A stretch of 64,000 nucleotides of DNA, taken from assembly GCA_965261645.1 (NCBI GenBank), contig CBDHDJ010000004.1:1263362-1327361 (forward strand). Direction: 5' to 3'. The translations under genes were made by a program, and so were the position numbers. Each line of letters starts with the position of its first letter. Position 1 is the first letter of the stretch. The stretch comes from Alphaproteobacteria bacterium (GTDB taxonomy: Bacteria > Pseudomonadota > Alphaproteobacteria > SHVV01). This document shows, one piece after another, positions 21,239-33,446 of this stretch. The notes beneath the pieces are model-generated. The model was not told the origin of the DNA. It made no database searches and saw only the letters and a list, made by a program, of their open reading frames with translations.

Positions 21239-21436
21239 ATGCCCAAGCTCAAGTCAAAAAGCGGCGCCAAGAAGCGCTTTTCGTTGACCGCGACCGGCAA
21301 GGTGCGGCGCAATCAAGCGGGCAAGCGGCACGGCATGATCAAGCGCACAAACAAGCAGATTCGCAATCTGCGCGGCACCACCATCGCCTCGCCGCCGGAT
21401 GCGAAGATCATCAAGACGTTCATTCCTTACGCCTAG
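21239..21436 (+). CDS. rpmI: 50S ribosomal protein L35
   Basis: [14 protein letters not shown] signature, 65 aa. Confidence 0.95.
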   Translation: MPKLKSKSGAKKRFSLTATGKVRRNQAGKRHGMIKRTNKQIRNLRGTTIASPPDAKIIKTFIPYA

Positions 21437-21447
21437 CGAGGATTGCC

Positions 21448-21813
21448 GTGGCGCGCATCAGGCGGGGCGTGACCAAACACGCGCGACATAAAAAGGTTCT
21501 GAGCCGCACGAAAGGCTACCGCGGCCGCGCCCACAGCTCGTTCCGCGTGGCCCTCGGCCGGCTCGAGAAGGGCCTGCAATACGCCTATCGCGACCGCCGC
21601 GCCCGCAAGCGGGATTTTCGGCGCCTATGGATCCAGCGCATCAACGCCGCGGCGCGCGAGAACGGTCTCACCTATGGCCGATTTATGAACGGCCTCAAGC
21701 TGGCTGGCGTCGAGGTCGATCGCAAGATTCTCGCCGACCTCGCCGTCCGGGAGCCTGAGGCCTTCAAGAGCCTGACCAACGATGCGCGCCAGGCGTTGGG
21801 CGAAGCCGTCTGA
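21448..21813 (+). CDS. rplT: 50S ribosomal protein L20
   Basis: GTG start giving the ARIRRGV L20 N-terminus, 12 nt after the rpmI stop. Confidence 0.9.
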   Translation: MARIRRGVTKHARHKKVLSRTKGYRGRAHSSFRVALGRLEKGLQYAYRDRRARKRDFRRLWIQRINAAARENGLTYGRFMNGLKLAGVEVDRKILADLAVREPEAFKSLTNDARQALGEAV

Positions 21814-21892
21814 CAAGGCCCTCGGTCTTGCGATATCGTGCAGGGGGGCGCTGGGTGGCCCCCTTTTTCGTAGCCCGTGGGGCACAGGAACG

Positions 21893-22969
21893 ATGCAGGA
21901 ATTTGACCAGCTGGAACGGAAGCTCCTCCGCGCCATCGCCGCGGCCGGCGATCTCGAGAGTCTCGAGGCGGCGCGCATCGCCGCGCTCGGCCGCAAGGGC
22001 AAGCTCACCCAGTTGATGCGCGGCTTGGGCGAGGTTGCGGGCGAGGAGCGCAAAGAGCGCGCCAGCGCCCTCAACGCGATCAAGGACCGCGTGAGCGCAG
22101 CCATCGAGGACCGCAAGCGCGATCTCGCGGCCGTGGCGCTCGAGGATCGGCTCGGCGAGGAGACCATCGATGTCACGCTGCCGGTCCGGCCGGAGCATGA
22201 AGGGCGCATCCACCCGGTGAGCCAGGTGTTCGACGAAGTCACGGCGATCTTCGCCGATATGGGCTTCGCGGTGGTCGAGGGCCCCGACATCGAGGACGAT
22301 TTCCACAACTTCACCGCCCTCAACATTCCGCCCGAGCATCCGGCGCGCCAGATGATGGACACCTTCTACTTTCCCGCGAACGCGGATGGCGAGCGGCGCC
22401 TGCTCCGCACCCACACCTCGCCGGTGCAGATTCGCACCATGCGGAGCCAGCCGCCGCCGCATCGCATCATCGTGCCGGGCCGCACCTACCGGCGCGATTC
22501 CGATCAAACGCACACGCCCATGTTCCACCAGGTCGAGGGCCTGGTGATCGATGAATCCACTCATCTCGGCCATCTCAAGGGCTGCCTGTTCACCTTTGCG
22601 CGGGCTTTTTTCGCGATCGATGAATTGCGCATGCGCTTCCGGCCGAGCTACTTCCCCTTCACCGAGCCGTCGGCCGAGCTCGATATCGGTTGCGCCTACC
22701 GCGAGGGTGAGATTCGCGTCGGTGAGGGCGAGGACTGGCTGGAGGTCCTGGGTTGCGGCATGGTGCATCCCAACGTGCTCGAGCATTGCGGGCTCGACCC
22801 GAGCGTCTATCAGGGCTTCGCCTTCGGCATGGGGATCGACCGCCTCGCCATGCTAAAATACGGCATGCCCGACCTGCGCGCCTTCTTCGAGAGCGATCTG
22901 CGCTGGCTTCGCCATTACGGCTTCGGGGCGCTCGATGTGCCGACGCTCGCCGGGGGGCTGGCGCGATGA
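21893..22969 (+). CDS. pheS: phenylalanine--tRNA ligase alpha subunit
   Basis: Class II core motifs ([18 protein letters not shown]). Confidence 0.95.
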   Translation: MQEFDQLERKLLRAIAAAGDLESLEAARIAALGRKGKLTQLMRGLGEVAGEERKERASALNAIKDRVSAAIEDRKRDLAAVALEDRLGEETIDVTLPVRPEHEGRIHPVSQVFDEVTAIFADMGFAVVEGPDIEDDFHNFTALNIPPEHPARQMMDTFYFPANADGERRLLRTHTSPVQIRTMRSQPPPHRIIVPGRTYRRDSDQTHTPMFHQVEGLVIDESTHLGHLKGCLFTFARAFFAIDELRMRFRPSYFPFTEPSAELDIGCAYREGEIRVGEGEDWLEVLGCGMVHPNVLEHCGLDPSVYQGFAFGMGIDRLAMLKYGMPDLRAFFESDLRWLRHYGFGALDVPTLAGGLAR

Positions 22970-25371
22970 AGTTCACCCTCGGCTGGCTCAAGGCGCATCT
23001 TGACACCACCGCAAGTCTCGATGCGATCACCGACCGGTTGACCAATATCGGCCTCGAGGTCGAGGCGGTGATCGACCGCGGCGGTGATCTTGCCGCGTTC
23101 ACCGTGGGATATGTCGTCGAGGCCGAGCCCCATCCCGACGCCGACAAGCTCAGCCTGTGCCTGGTCGACACCGGCACCGACAACGTCCAGGTGGTGTGCG
23201 GTGCGCCCAATGCGCGGCGCGGCATGAAAGGCGTGTTTGCCGGTCCCGGCACGACAATCCCGGGCACCGGCCTCAAGCTCAAGAAAGCGAAGATCCGCGG
23301 CCAGACCAGCGCCGGCATGCTGTGCTCGGAGATGGAGCTCGGCCTGGGCGAGGATCACGAGGGCATCATCGAGCTGCCCGAGGATGCGCCCATCGGCGAG
23401 CCCGTCACCGCCGTGCTCGGGCTCGATGATCCGGTCATCGACGTTGCGATCACACCCAACCGTCAGGATTGCCTTGGTGTGCGGGGGATCGCCCGCGATC
23501 TCGCCGCGGCCGGTCTCGGCTCGTTGAGCCCGCTGACGATCAACCCGGTGGGCGGCGCGTTCACCAGTCCGATCGATGTCCGCCTCGCCCTCGCGGAAGC
23601 GGCCGCGAGCGCCTGCCCCCTGTTCGTCGGCCGCACCATCCGTGGTGTGGAGAACGGCCCGAGCCCGCCCTGGCTGCGGGACCGCCTGCGCGCCATCAGG
23701 CTGCGCCCGATCTCGGCGCTGGTCGACATGACCAACTTCGTTACCCTGGACCTCGGCCGCCCGCTCCACGTGTTTGACGCCGATACCCTGGCCGGCGGCA
23801 TTCACGTGCGCTTATCGAAGGCCGGCGAAAAGCTCCTCGCCCTCAACGGCAAGGAATACACCCTCGATGACGACATGACCGTGATCGCCGACGACGACGG
23901 CGCGCTCGCGCTCGGCGGCGTGATCGGCGGCGCGCCCTCGGGCTGCACCGAGGCCACCCGCAACCTGTTCATCGAGGCCGCTTTGTTCGCGCCGGCGCGC
24001 ACGGCGATGACCGGGCGCAAGCTCGGCATCGAAAGCGACGCGCGCTATCGTTTTGAGCGCGGTGTCGATTCCGCGTTCGTGTTCGACGGCATGGAAGTGG
24101 GCACCCGGCTCGTCCTCGATATGTGCGGCGGCGAGGCGAGCGAGCTCGTCGTGGCCGGCGCCGAGCCGGCGTGGCAGCGCTCTTTGGTGTTGCGTCCTTC
24201 GCGCGTCCGCCACCTCGGGGGTATCGACCTGCCCGAAGACGAGAGCGCCCGCATCCTCGAGCGGCTGGGCTTCGGCGTCGAGCGGCTCGAGGACAGCTTG
24301 CGCGTCTCCGTGCCATCGTGGCGAAGCGACGTCGAGGGCGAAGCCGATCTCGTCGAGGAGGTGACGCGCATTCACGGCTACGAGCGTGTTCCCGAGGTGC
24401 CGCTCGCCCGCGCGAGCGCCGTGGCGCGCCCCATTCTCTCGCCCGCGCAGCGCCGCCGCGGCGCAGTGCGGCGCGAGCTTGCCGCCCGCGGTCTGGTCGA
24501 GGCCGTGAGCTGGTCTTTCCTCCCCGCCTGGCAGGCCGAGTTGTTTGGCGGTGGTGCCGCCGAACTCCGCCTCGACAATCCGATCAGCGCCGAGCTCGAC
24601 GCCATGCGCCCGAGTCTGCTGGCCAACCTCGCCGCGGCCGCTGCGCGCAATGCGGACCGGGGCTCGCGCGATGCCGCGCTGTTCGAAGTGGGCCCCGTCT
24701 ATGCCGACGACACGCCAGCCGGTCAGGCGATCCACGCCGCGGGCGTGCGCTGCCATAGGGCGGCGCCGCGCCATTGGGCGAGCGGGGCGCGCCCGGTCGA
24801 TGCCTTCGATGCGAAGGCCGATGCGCTTGCCGCACTGGCCGTATGCGCTGTGCCGGGCGACAAGGTGCAGACCGAGGCCGACGCGCCAAGTTGGTATCAC
24901 CCCGGCCGTTCGGGACGCCTCATGTTGGGCCCCAAGGCCGTGCTCGCGAGCTTCGGCGAGCTTCATCCGGCGCTGCTCGCGCGGATGGACATCGCCGGTC
25001 CGGTGGCGGGCTTCGAGGTGTTCCTCGATGCCCTGCCGGACGCCAAAGCCAAGCGCGGCTACACCCGGCCCCGGCTCGAGATCGTCGATCTGCCGACGGT
25101 CGAGCGCGATTTCGCCTTCGTCGTCGATTGGGCCGTGCCCGCGGCGGCGGTGGTGAGCGCCGCGGCCAGCGCCGATCAGCATTTCATCAGGGACGTCCAG
25201 GTCTTCGATCTCTATGCCGGCGAAGGCATCGGCGAGAACCAGAAGTCGATCGCGCTGAGCGTCCGCCTCGAGCCCACCGAGCGCACCCTGACGGAGGCTG
25301 AGATCGAGGCCGTTGCCGATAAGATCGTGGCGGCTGTTACCCAGGCGACGGGCGGGCGCTTGCGCGCCTAG
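22966..25371 (+). CDS. pheT: phenylalanine--tRNA ligase beta subunit
   Basis: 802 aa with tRNA-binding, B3/4, B5 and FDX-ACB domains. ATGA overlap with pheS. Confidence 0.95.
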   Translation: MKFTLGWLKAHLDTTASLDAITDRLTNIGLEVEAVIDRGGDLAAFTVGYVVEAEPHPDADKLSLCLVDTGTDNVQVVCGAPNARRGMKGVFAGPGTTIPGTGLKLKKAKIRGQTSAGMLCSEMELGLGEDHEGIIELPEDAPIGEPVTAVLGLDDPVIDVAITPNRQDCLGVRGIARDLAAAGLGSLSPLTINPVGGAFTSPIDVRLALAEAAASACPLFVGRTIRGVENGPSPPWLRDRLRAIRLRPISALVDMTNFVTLDLGRPLHVFDADTLAGGIHVRLSKAGEKLLALNGKEYTLDDDMTVIADDDGALALGGVIGGAPSGCTEATRNLFIEAALFAPARTAMTGRKLGIESDARYRFERGVDSAFVFDGMEVGTRLVLDMCGGEASELVVAGAEPAWQRSLVLRPSRVRHLGGIDLPEDESARILERLGFGVERLEDSLRVSVPSWRSDVEGEADLVEEVTRIHGYERVPEVPLARASAVARPILSPAQRRRGAVRRELAARGLVEAVSWSFLPAWQAELFGGGAAELRLDNPISAELDAMRPSLLANLAAAAARNADRGSRDAALFEVGPVYADDTPAGQAIHAAGVRCHRAAPRHWASGARPVDAFDAKADALAALAVCAVPGDKVQTEADAPSWYHPGRSGRLMLGPKAVLASFGELHPALLARMDIAGPVAGFEVFLDALPDAKAKRGYTRPRLEIVDLPTVERDFAFVVDWAVPAAAVVSAAASADQHFIRDVQVFDLYAGEGIGENQKSIALSVRLEPTERTLTEAEIEAVADKIVAAVTQATGGRLRA

Positions 25372-25518
25372 GGTGCGCGGTCGGGAAAAATATCGGCAAT
25401 TCTAGAATCGCCATGTGCGCCAAACGTGACCTGAATTATGTCTAATAATGTCCTCGCTGCGGCGCATTTTCATAAAGTGGCGTTCTTGGGTTGAATTGGG
25501 ACACCGCCCGAACGTGCC

Positions 25519-27330
<1,812 letters not shown>

Positions 27331-27342
27331 ATCGTATCGTCT

Positions 27343-27639
27343 TCAGGGCCGGCGGCGGCGGAAGGACAGCGCGAGGAGCACGATCCCAAGGCCGGCGAAA
27401 ACCAGCCACGCAGGCCATTGCAGGACCGTCGCGATGCCCGGATCCCATAGCGCCGGCCAGATATAGCGCTGGATGACAGCCTGGACGAGGTTGAGGCTTG
27501 TGACATCGAGGCGGAACCAGAGCGCCCCCAATGCCTCGGCCCGGTAGCCGCCCTCGGCGAGCGCGCGGACGAGGTCCGAGCCGAGGACCAAGAGCGCGAG
27601 CGCGATGAAAAGATAGCCGATGATCCGCCCGATGATCAT
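27343..27639 (-). CDS. small membrane protein with two predicted transmembrane helices
   Basis: 98-aa hydrophobic ORF. The longer listed ORF extending to 27969 reads through the antisense of tRNA-Ser and is rejected. Confidence 0.35.
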   Translation of the reverse strand: MIIGRIIGYLFIALALLVLGSDLVRALAEGGYRAEALGALWFRLDVTSLNLVQAVIQRYIWPALWDPGIATVLQWPAWLVFAGLGIVLLALSFRRRRP

Positions 27640-27747
27640 GGGTTTGAATATCCCCGACACCGCCGTGTGCGCGCCCGCGTTATAGCATGATCGCTGCGCG
27701 GTAACGCGCCCGGGTCTATAGTCCGGCTTGATCTTGGGCCGCTGCGT

Positions 27748-27838
27748 GGAGGGGTGGCCGAGTGGTCTAAGGCGCACGCCTGGAGAGCGTGTACACGTCA
27801 CAAGCGTGTCGTGGGTTCGAATCCCACCCCCTCCGCCA
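27748..27838 (+). tRNA. tRNA-Ser(GGA), type II
   Basis: Acceptor GGAGGGG/CCCCTCC, anticodon loop CTGGAGA, long variable arm, T-loop GGTTCGAATCC, 3' GCCA. 91 nt. The island starts at its 3' side. Confidence 0.9.
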
Positions 27839-27956
27839 TCCTGCTTCAGCGGCAGACGCGAAGCACGATGCCCTCCGAAGCCTAGGCGAAGGAGTGTCTC
27901 CCGAAGCTCGTTCGCGGGCAACGGGAGACTGCCAGGTGGTATGTCTATTTCCTCGA

Positions 27957-28769
27957 ATGGTGCTGTCACGGTAACTGGCTGGTGTCAGCTGCGGGTGGCG
28001 AGTAGCTTCCTGTTATGAACAAGATCAGCTACCGCCGACATCGGTTTCCTGCAGAGATAATCCAGCGCGCCGTCTGGCTGTGTTTCCGGTTTCCGCTCAG
28101 TTACCGCGATGTGGAGGATCTGCTCGCTGAACGTGGTGTCGATGTTTCTTACGAGACGATACGGCGCTGGTCTTTAAAGTTTGGGCAGGCCTATGCCCGA
28201 AAACTGAGACAATCACGCCCTCGACCAGACGACCGGTGGCACCTTGATGAGGTGTTTTCCTCCATCAACGGAAAACGGATGTATCTATGGCGGGCGGTGG
28301 ACAGCGAGGGTGAGGTGCTGGATATCCTGGTTCAGTCCCGGAGGAACAAGAAAGCAGCACTCAAGCTGATGCGCAAACTGCTCAAGAAGCAGGGGTATGC
28401 GCCGAATAAGGTGGTGACCGATAAACTGCCATCTTACGGGGCAGCATTGCGTGATCTCAACATGACGGGGAAACACGTTACCGGCGGACGGAGCAACAAT
28501 CGGGCGGAGAATTCGCACCTGCCGGTTCGACAACGAGAACGCAGGATGCAGGGCTTCAAGTCATCAGGATCGGCGCAAAGGTTTCTCTCCACCCACGCCG
28601 CCATCTACAACACCTTCAATGTCCAACGTCATCTGATCACTCGCAAGACAATGCGCCAATTCCGCGGTGACGCGATGAACACGTGGCGGACCGTGACCGC
28701 TGCTGCTTGAGCCGCTCAGTTCAGACGTTCAACTGCGACCTGCCTTCGTTAAGTTGACAGCACCCTACT
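27957..28769 (+). mobile_element. IS6-family insertion sequence (about 0.8 kb)
   Basis: Single transposase ORF bounded by imperfect terminal inverted repeats (GGTGTGCTGTCACGG ... CGTTAAGTTGACAGCACCC). No matching 8-bp target-site duplication was seen. Confidence 0.7.
28015..28710 (+). CDS. IS6-family (IS26-like) DDE transposase
   Basis: 231 aa with an N-terminal HTH (RFPLSYRDVEDLLAERG) and DDE catalytic region (WHLDEVF ... YLWRAVD ... RAENSH). Confidence 0.85.
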   Translation: MNKISYRRHRFPAEIIQRAVWLCFRFPLSYRDVEDLLAERGVDVSYETIRRWSLKFGQAYARKLRQSRPRPDDRWHLDEVFSSINGKRMYLWRAVDSEGEVLDILVQSRRNKKAALKLMRKLLKKQGYAPNKVVTDKLPSYGAALRDLNMTGKHVTGGRSNNRAENSHLPVRQRERRMQGFKSSGSAQRFLSTHAAIYNTFNVQRHLITRKTMRQFRGDAMNTWRTVTAAA

Positions 28770-28969
28770 ATCTGCCGAGCGATCTCGAGGCCAGCGTCGG
28801 CACCTTCGTCGAGCACTACAACCACCGCCGCTACCACGAAAGCCTCGCCAACCTCACCCCCGCCGACGTCTACTTCGGCCGGGACCACGCCATCATCGAG
28901 AGAAGGAGAAAGATCAAAAACCTGACCATCAAAAAACGCCGCTTGGCCCATCACAACCACGCGGCTTAA
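28754..28969 (+). pseudogene. C-terminal remnant of an rve-type (IS3/IS481-like) transposase
   Basis: Only the terminal 71 codons are present (FVEHYNHRRYHESLANLTPADVYFGR). It starts at the IS6 right end, which implies truncation by the IS6. Confidence 0.6.
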
Positions 28970-29201
28970 CATCAACCAGGATGAGCCAGAGCCTCCGTTA
29001 AGAACAAGCCCAGATGTCCCAAATGTTTTGATGACGGACATCTTGGTGGCACAACCCATCGGACTTGCCTTTTGAGCGATTTCGAGCCACGCTCAACTTG
29101 GCTGAAGGGTGCCACATGGGAAATCCCGGTTGATTCAACAAATCGAGGATAGGACCCGCTCTGCTGACGCGATGATCGGCGGAGCGGGCAGGCGGTGAGC
29201 G

Positions 29202-30383
29202 GTGCAACCAGGATCTGCTGCAAAGGCGTTCATCGGCGATGGCGTCGATGCGACGCGGCAACCACTCCGCCGGGCACGTCACCTACCGGGCTACTTCTAC
29301 ACATCGCCTGAAATATTCGCGATGGAGAAGGAAAGGCTTTTCCTTCGGGAATGGCTATGCATGGCCCGATTGGAGGAGATCGAACAGCCCGGCGATTACA
29401 TGACCTTTCGGGTGATGGACGAGCCCGTCATCATCGCCCGTGACGAGGCGGGGCATGTCAACGCGTTCGCCAATGTATGCCGACACCGTGGCGTCGAGGT
29501 CGCGTCTGGGGCCGGCAACCTCAAGGAATTTTCCTGCCCTTATCACGGTTGGACCTACAACCTCGAGGGCCGACTCATCGGTGCACCGTACATGAAGGAG
29601 GCCGAGGGCTTCGATCCAACAGAGTGCCGCCTTCAGCCCCTCAAAACCGATTTTTGGGGCGGGTTCATCTTCGTCAATTTTGATCTGGATGCCGCTCCTC
29701 TCGCCACTGTGATCGATGATTTCGACAGAGATTACGCTCCCTTCCGGCCGGAGGAATGCCGGCTCGCCTTCAAGGTGGAGGTGGAGCTCGACTGCAACTG
29801 GAAATTCGCCATCGAGAATTTCACCGATCAGTATCATGTCGCCGTGATTCACACTGATACGCTCGCGCGTGAGTATCCCTCCGTCGACGAGCTGCCCTTC
29901 AAGCTGCACAAGCGCGGCGGTTTCAGCGGCCATTTCGACGGCGCCCTGCGCAATGCGGCAGGCCAGACCCTGTTCGAGGAGACTGGGTTCGGCAAAATGC
30001 CGTGGATGGCGGACCAGCGCGACAGCATCGCGTGCAACGGTTACATGGCGCCGAACATGCACATCTTCGCGTTCGCCGACACCGTGCACCCGTTCGTCAC
30101 GTGGCCGGTCTCGGTCGATAAGACGATCGGTATCGATTATGTGCTGTTCCCCGAAGAGGTCATCGCCCGACCCGACTTCGATGAGAAGGTCGAAATCTAT
30201 AAGCGGTTCACGACCGACGTCATCGAGGCCGATCGCGACATGGTCCGCTCGCTGCAGCGGGGGATGGATTCGCGGCTCTTTAATCCCGGCCCCATGTCGA
30301 TCGCCGAGGACACCATCCACAACGCCGCCAACTATTACCTCGAAAGCCTCTTCGGCGATTCGAGCGCCCCCGTCACGCCCTGA
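29202..30383 (+). CDS. Rieske non-heme iron oxygenase alpha subunit
   Basis: Rieske motif CRHRG-x16-CPYHGW, and a catalytic-domain mononuclear iron site (HVAVIH ... D). No adjacent beta subunit or reductase. Confidence 0.8.
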   Translation: MQPGSAAKAFIGDGVDATRQPLRRARHLPGYFYTSPEIFAMEKERLFLREWLCMARLEEIEQPGDYMTFRVMDEPVIIARDEAGHVNAFANVCRHRGVEVASGAGNLKEFSCPYHGWTYNLEGRLIGAPYMKEAEGFDPTECRLQPLKTDFWGGFIFVNFDLDAAPLATVIDDFDRDYAPFRPEECRLAFKVEVELDCNWKFAIENFTDQYHVAVIHTDTLAREYPSVDELPFKLHKRGGFSGHFDGALRNAAGQTLFEETGFGKMPWMADQRDSIACNGYMAPNMHIFAFADTVHPFVTWPVSVDKTIGIDYVLFPEEVIARPDFDEKVEIYKRFTTDVIEADRDMVRSLQRGMDSRLFNPGPMSIAEDTIHNAANYYLESLFGDSSAPVTP

Positions 30384-30400
30384 GGTCCCCGCCAGACAAA

Positions 30401-30429
30401 ACAAGCCCCGCACGAGGCGGGGCGCTTGT
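30401..30429 (+). terminator. stem-loop terminator candidate after the Rieske gene
   Basis: ACAAGCCCCGC-ACGAG-GCGGGGCGCTTGT forms an 11-bp stem with one bulge. The U-tract is weak. Confidence 0.35.
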
Positions 30430-30668
30430 CGAAACGCAGAGGCGCTCGAACTACATGACGTCCTTGGGCAGATCCTCGTTGGTGAAATAGGCTTTTAATG
30501 TATGGGTGCGCCGGCGAGGTGGATACGGCGCAACAGACCCAGGCAAGGGGATCCGAACCGATCTGACACTTGCGCGAGATCCTGCAAAGCAGGACACCCT
30601 CGCGTCCATTGCGATGAAGCACGCCATGATGGAAGCATGATGAAACCGTCCACAAAACGTGTCGCGCA

Positions 30669-31886
30669 TTGAACAAGCTGGCCCTGACCAGCGACGCCAT
30701 CGAGGCGCTGGAGCCCGGGGACAAACCCTGGATCGCCTGGGATGATCAACTCACGGGCTTTGGCGTCCGGGTGCATCCCTCCGGGACCAAATCCTTCATC
30801 GTCAACTACCGCGCCGGAGACGGCGGCAGAAAAGCCCCTAACAAGCGCGTCGTTCTCGGCCACCATGGCGAGATATCGCCCGGCCGGGCGCGGCGTCTGG
30901 CGCGGCAGGTCCTGGACGAGGCCACCGCCGACCCGGCGGGCGGGCGCCCCGCGACGCCGGGCATGCCCGTGCTGGAGCAGGCCTTTGAGGCGTACATGGC
31001 GGCCAATCCCCACCGGGCCGAGCGCACCAACGAGATTGACCGTGACAGATTCAAGCGATGTCTCGGCGACTGGCAGATGCGTCCGCTCGATGCTATCACT
31101 CGCCGGGACGTGGAAGGCCCTTTCAACCGCATCACCGGGGATAGCGGCTGGTCGATGGCCAACCAGTCGATATCGCTCCTGCGTTCGATCTATCGCCGAT
31201 CCAGTGTCGATTTCGAGGACTTGCGCAATCCGGTTGATCTGTGGCTCGCCGGCGGCGGCAGGTATCATCGCCCGAGACGGCGCAAGATCTCCGCCCCGGC
31301 CGAGGTGCTGCCGTGCTGGAAGAAGGGCATCGAGTCGACGGTCGGCATGATGGCGGCCCGGGACGCATTGTGGTACGGGCTCTATACCGGCATGCGCCTG
31401 AACGAAGTGCTGCCCCTGCGCTGGGAGCGCGCGGACATGGCGGGGCTAGTCTTCCGGGTTGAGGAGACCAAAACGGGCGAGCCTCTGGAATTGCCCATCA
31501 CCCGGCAGCTGGCGGCCATCCTCGAACGCCGTTGGGCGGCGCGCGAGGCGCTGCCGGGCAGTCTTCGCGACTGGGTGTTTCCGTCCAGCCGGCCCGGCAC
31601 TCTGGGCCATGTCGCGACCCTGATGCCATACTATGCACCGATCGGCAAGGCGGGTGGGGCCAGGTTCTGGTTCCACGCTCTGCGCAACTGCTTCATTACG
31701 GTGGCCGAGCGCGAGCTGATACTGCCGCGGAGCCTGACCAAACGGCTGGTCAACCACGCCCGCTCCAGCGACATCACCGAAGGATACGCTGCCGAGTGGA
31801 CCGTCGGGCAACTCCGTGAACCTGCACAGCGCATTGCGGACCGGATCGAGGCGTTGATGAACGCTCGTGGGGCCGATACGGCCTGA
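30669..31886 (+). CDS. int: tyrosine-type site-specific integrase, P4-like with N-terminal arm-binding domain
   Basis: TTG start. DUF4102-like N-terminus (FGVRVHPSGTKSFIVNYR), then catalytic R...HxxR...Y residues (WFHALRNCFIT ... GY). Lies 2.8 kb from tRNA-Ser. Confidence 0.85.
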   Translation: MNKLALTSDAIEALEPGDKPWIAWDDQLTGFGVRVHPSGTKSFIVNYRAGDGGRKAPNKRVVLGHHGEISPGRARRLARQVLDEATADPAGGRPATPGMPVLEQAFEAYMAANPHRAERTNEIDRDRFKRCLGDWQMRPLDAITRRDVEGPFNRITGDSGWSMANQSISLLRSIYRRSSVDFEDLRNPVDLWLAGGGRYHRPRRRKISAPAEVLPCWKKGIESTVGMMAARDALWYGLYTGMRLNEVLPLRWERADMAGLVFRVEETKTGEPLELPITRQLAAILERRWAAREALPGSLRDWVFPSSRPGTLGHVATLMPYYAPIGKAGGARFWFHALRNCFITVAERELILPRSLTKRLVNHARSSDITEGYAAEWTVGQLREPAQRIADRIEALMNARGADTA

Positions 31887-32004
31887 GCCCGCGCTTCAAT
31901 TGCTCGCCTACCCGTGGGGCGGTCGGGTTCGGTCCATACATATATGTGTGTCCATATATGCCGGAATGGCGACACTCGTCGGGAATCTGGCATCATCATC
32001 GAGA

Positions 32005-33249
32005 TCAGGGGATGATGAGCACCATTCCCGCAAAGATGAGATCTGGGTTGTCGCCGATCAGGAAGCGGTTAGCCTCCGCGATGCGTGGCCAGTAATTGCC
32101 GTTGGCGTAAAAGAACGCGGCGACGGTGGATAGGGAGTCACCCTCCTTAATGGTGTAAATTCCGTGCGCGTTGGTGAGGCGCGCGACATCCCTCTGTGCA
32201 TCCTCCAGCGCGACGCGGATGCGCTCGATCTCGGTGAGCCGTGCCTCATTGAGATGGTTGAGCTTCGCCTTCTCGGTGAGCAGCTTCTCGTACCGCTTGT
32301 TGAGATCGGCCGCCATGGATTGCGCCCTCCCGAGTTCACCGGCAGCAGTGCTCGCAGTTCGCCGCAGGGCAGCGGTGGCGCCGTCGAGTTCATTGAGTCG
32401 AAGGATTAGGCGCCTACGCTCGTTTGCCATCGCCTCAAACTCGGCACGCAAATCGCTTCGCTTGCGTTCGATGGTATCGAACTTCGCCAACAACTCTCGA
32501 TTTTCCTGCTCGATGCGGCTCTTCTCGCTGCGCTCGCGCGTGAACTGCACACTTAACGCTGCCGCCCCATCTCGTTCCTTGGCCAGACTCTTCCGGACAC
32601 GGGCCAGCTCATCTCGCGTGCCATCGCCTGCGTTCTCAAGCTCTATAGCTCGCGTCCGCAACTCCTCGCGCTCAACCGTGACCGCTTCGAGTTTCTCCCG
32701 CATATCATCACGTTCCGCCACCAGTTGATCGACCCTTGAATGCGCCTTTCTCAGCTCAGCCGAGAGACGCGTGTTCTCGGCGCTGCTGATCGAGCGGGCG
32801 GACTGTAACTCAGTGGCGAATCGATCGCGCTCCGCCATCAGTCGGTCCCGCTCTCTTGAGAGTTCTTCATGCGTGGCTCGCAGCGTTCGAAGCCTACCCT
32901 CACGCTGTTTATCCGCCGCACGGCGCTCCGCGAAGGCATTTTCCAGTTCGGCATACTTGGCAATGAGCGCCTCCTCGGCCGCTACCGCAGCAGCGCGGCC
33001 AGCTCGCTCCTGCACGAGTTCGGCTTCAAGTGTTTGCATACGCTCCACGGCTATATCGTGTGTGCGCTGGACTTGTTCGAGCGCGTCTCCCGACGCCTTG
33101 AGCCGCACTTGCAACTCTCCGCTCCGCGTTCGGGCTTGTTCCTCAATTGACGTCTTCTCGCGAGTGACTTCCACAAGGCGCCAGCCCATCACCAGCATCG
33201 CCACTGCCAGCACAACTAGTCCAGCATTCTTCATGCCGGCTGAACCCAT
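32005..33249 (-). CDS. membrane-anchored coiled-coil protein with C-terminal LysM domain
   Basis: N-terminal transmembrane helix, about 330 aa of heptad-rich E/R/A sequence, and a C-terminal LysM (YTIKEGDSLSTVAAFFY ... NPDLIFAGMVLIIP). Confidence 0.7.
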   Translation of the reverse strand: MGSAGMKNAGLVVLAVAMLVMGWRLVEVTREKTSIEEQARTRSGELQVRLKASGDALEQVQRTHDIAVERMQTLEAELVQERAGRAAAVAAEEALIAKYAELENAFAERRAADKQREGRLRTLRATHEELSRERDRLMAERDRFATELQSARSISSAENTRLSAELRKAHSRVDQLVAERDDMREKLEAVTVEREELRTRAIELENAGDGTRDELARVRKSLAKERDGAAALSVQFTRERSEKSRIEQENRELLAKFDTIERKRSDLRAEFEAMANERRRLILRLNELDGATAALRRTASTAAGELGRAQSMAADLNKRYEKLLTEKAKLNHLNEARLTEIERIRVALEDAQRDVARLTNAHGIYTIKEGDSLSTVAAFFYANGNYWPRIAEANRFLIGDNPDLIFAGMVLIIP

Positions 33250-33446
33250 CGTACGTTCCTCAGCTTCTGCCCGACGTCGAATTACGGTGAAATCTTAGGG
33301 AATCAAGCACGGGATTTGAACCGCGCCGGTTTAGCGGAGACCTTTATCTGTCATTTATCTGTTACTTGAGCACGTGTATTTGGCGCCGATCGACGTAACA
33401 ACCTATTGACATCGTCAGAGTCTGACGGGTCAAAGTTCGACGCCAG

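Noticed and set aside
27343-27969. 208-aa minus-strand ORF spanning tRNA-Ser
   Set aside because: Its middle (GGIRTHDTLVTCTRSPG) is simply the antisense translation of the tRNA-Ser gene. Only the 3' 98 codons (27343-27639) were kept as a possible small membrane protein.
33300-33350. tRNA-like T-arm fragment (GGTTCAAATCC on the minus strand) upstream of the integrase remnant
   Set aside because: A full cloverleaf could not be folded by hand. It may be an attachment-site remnant of an older integration, but the evidence is too weak to call.
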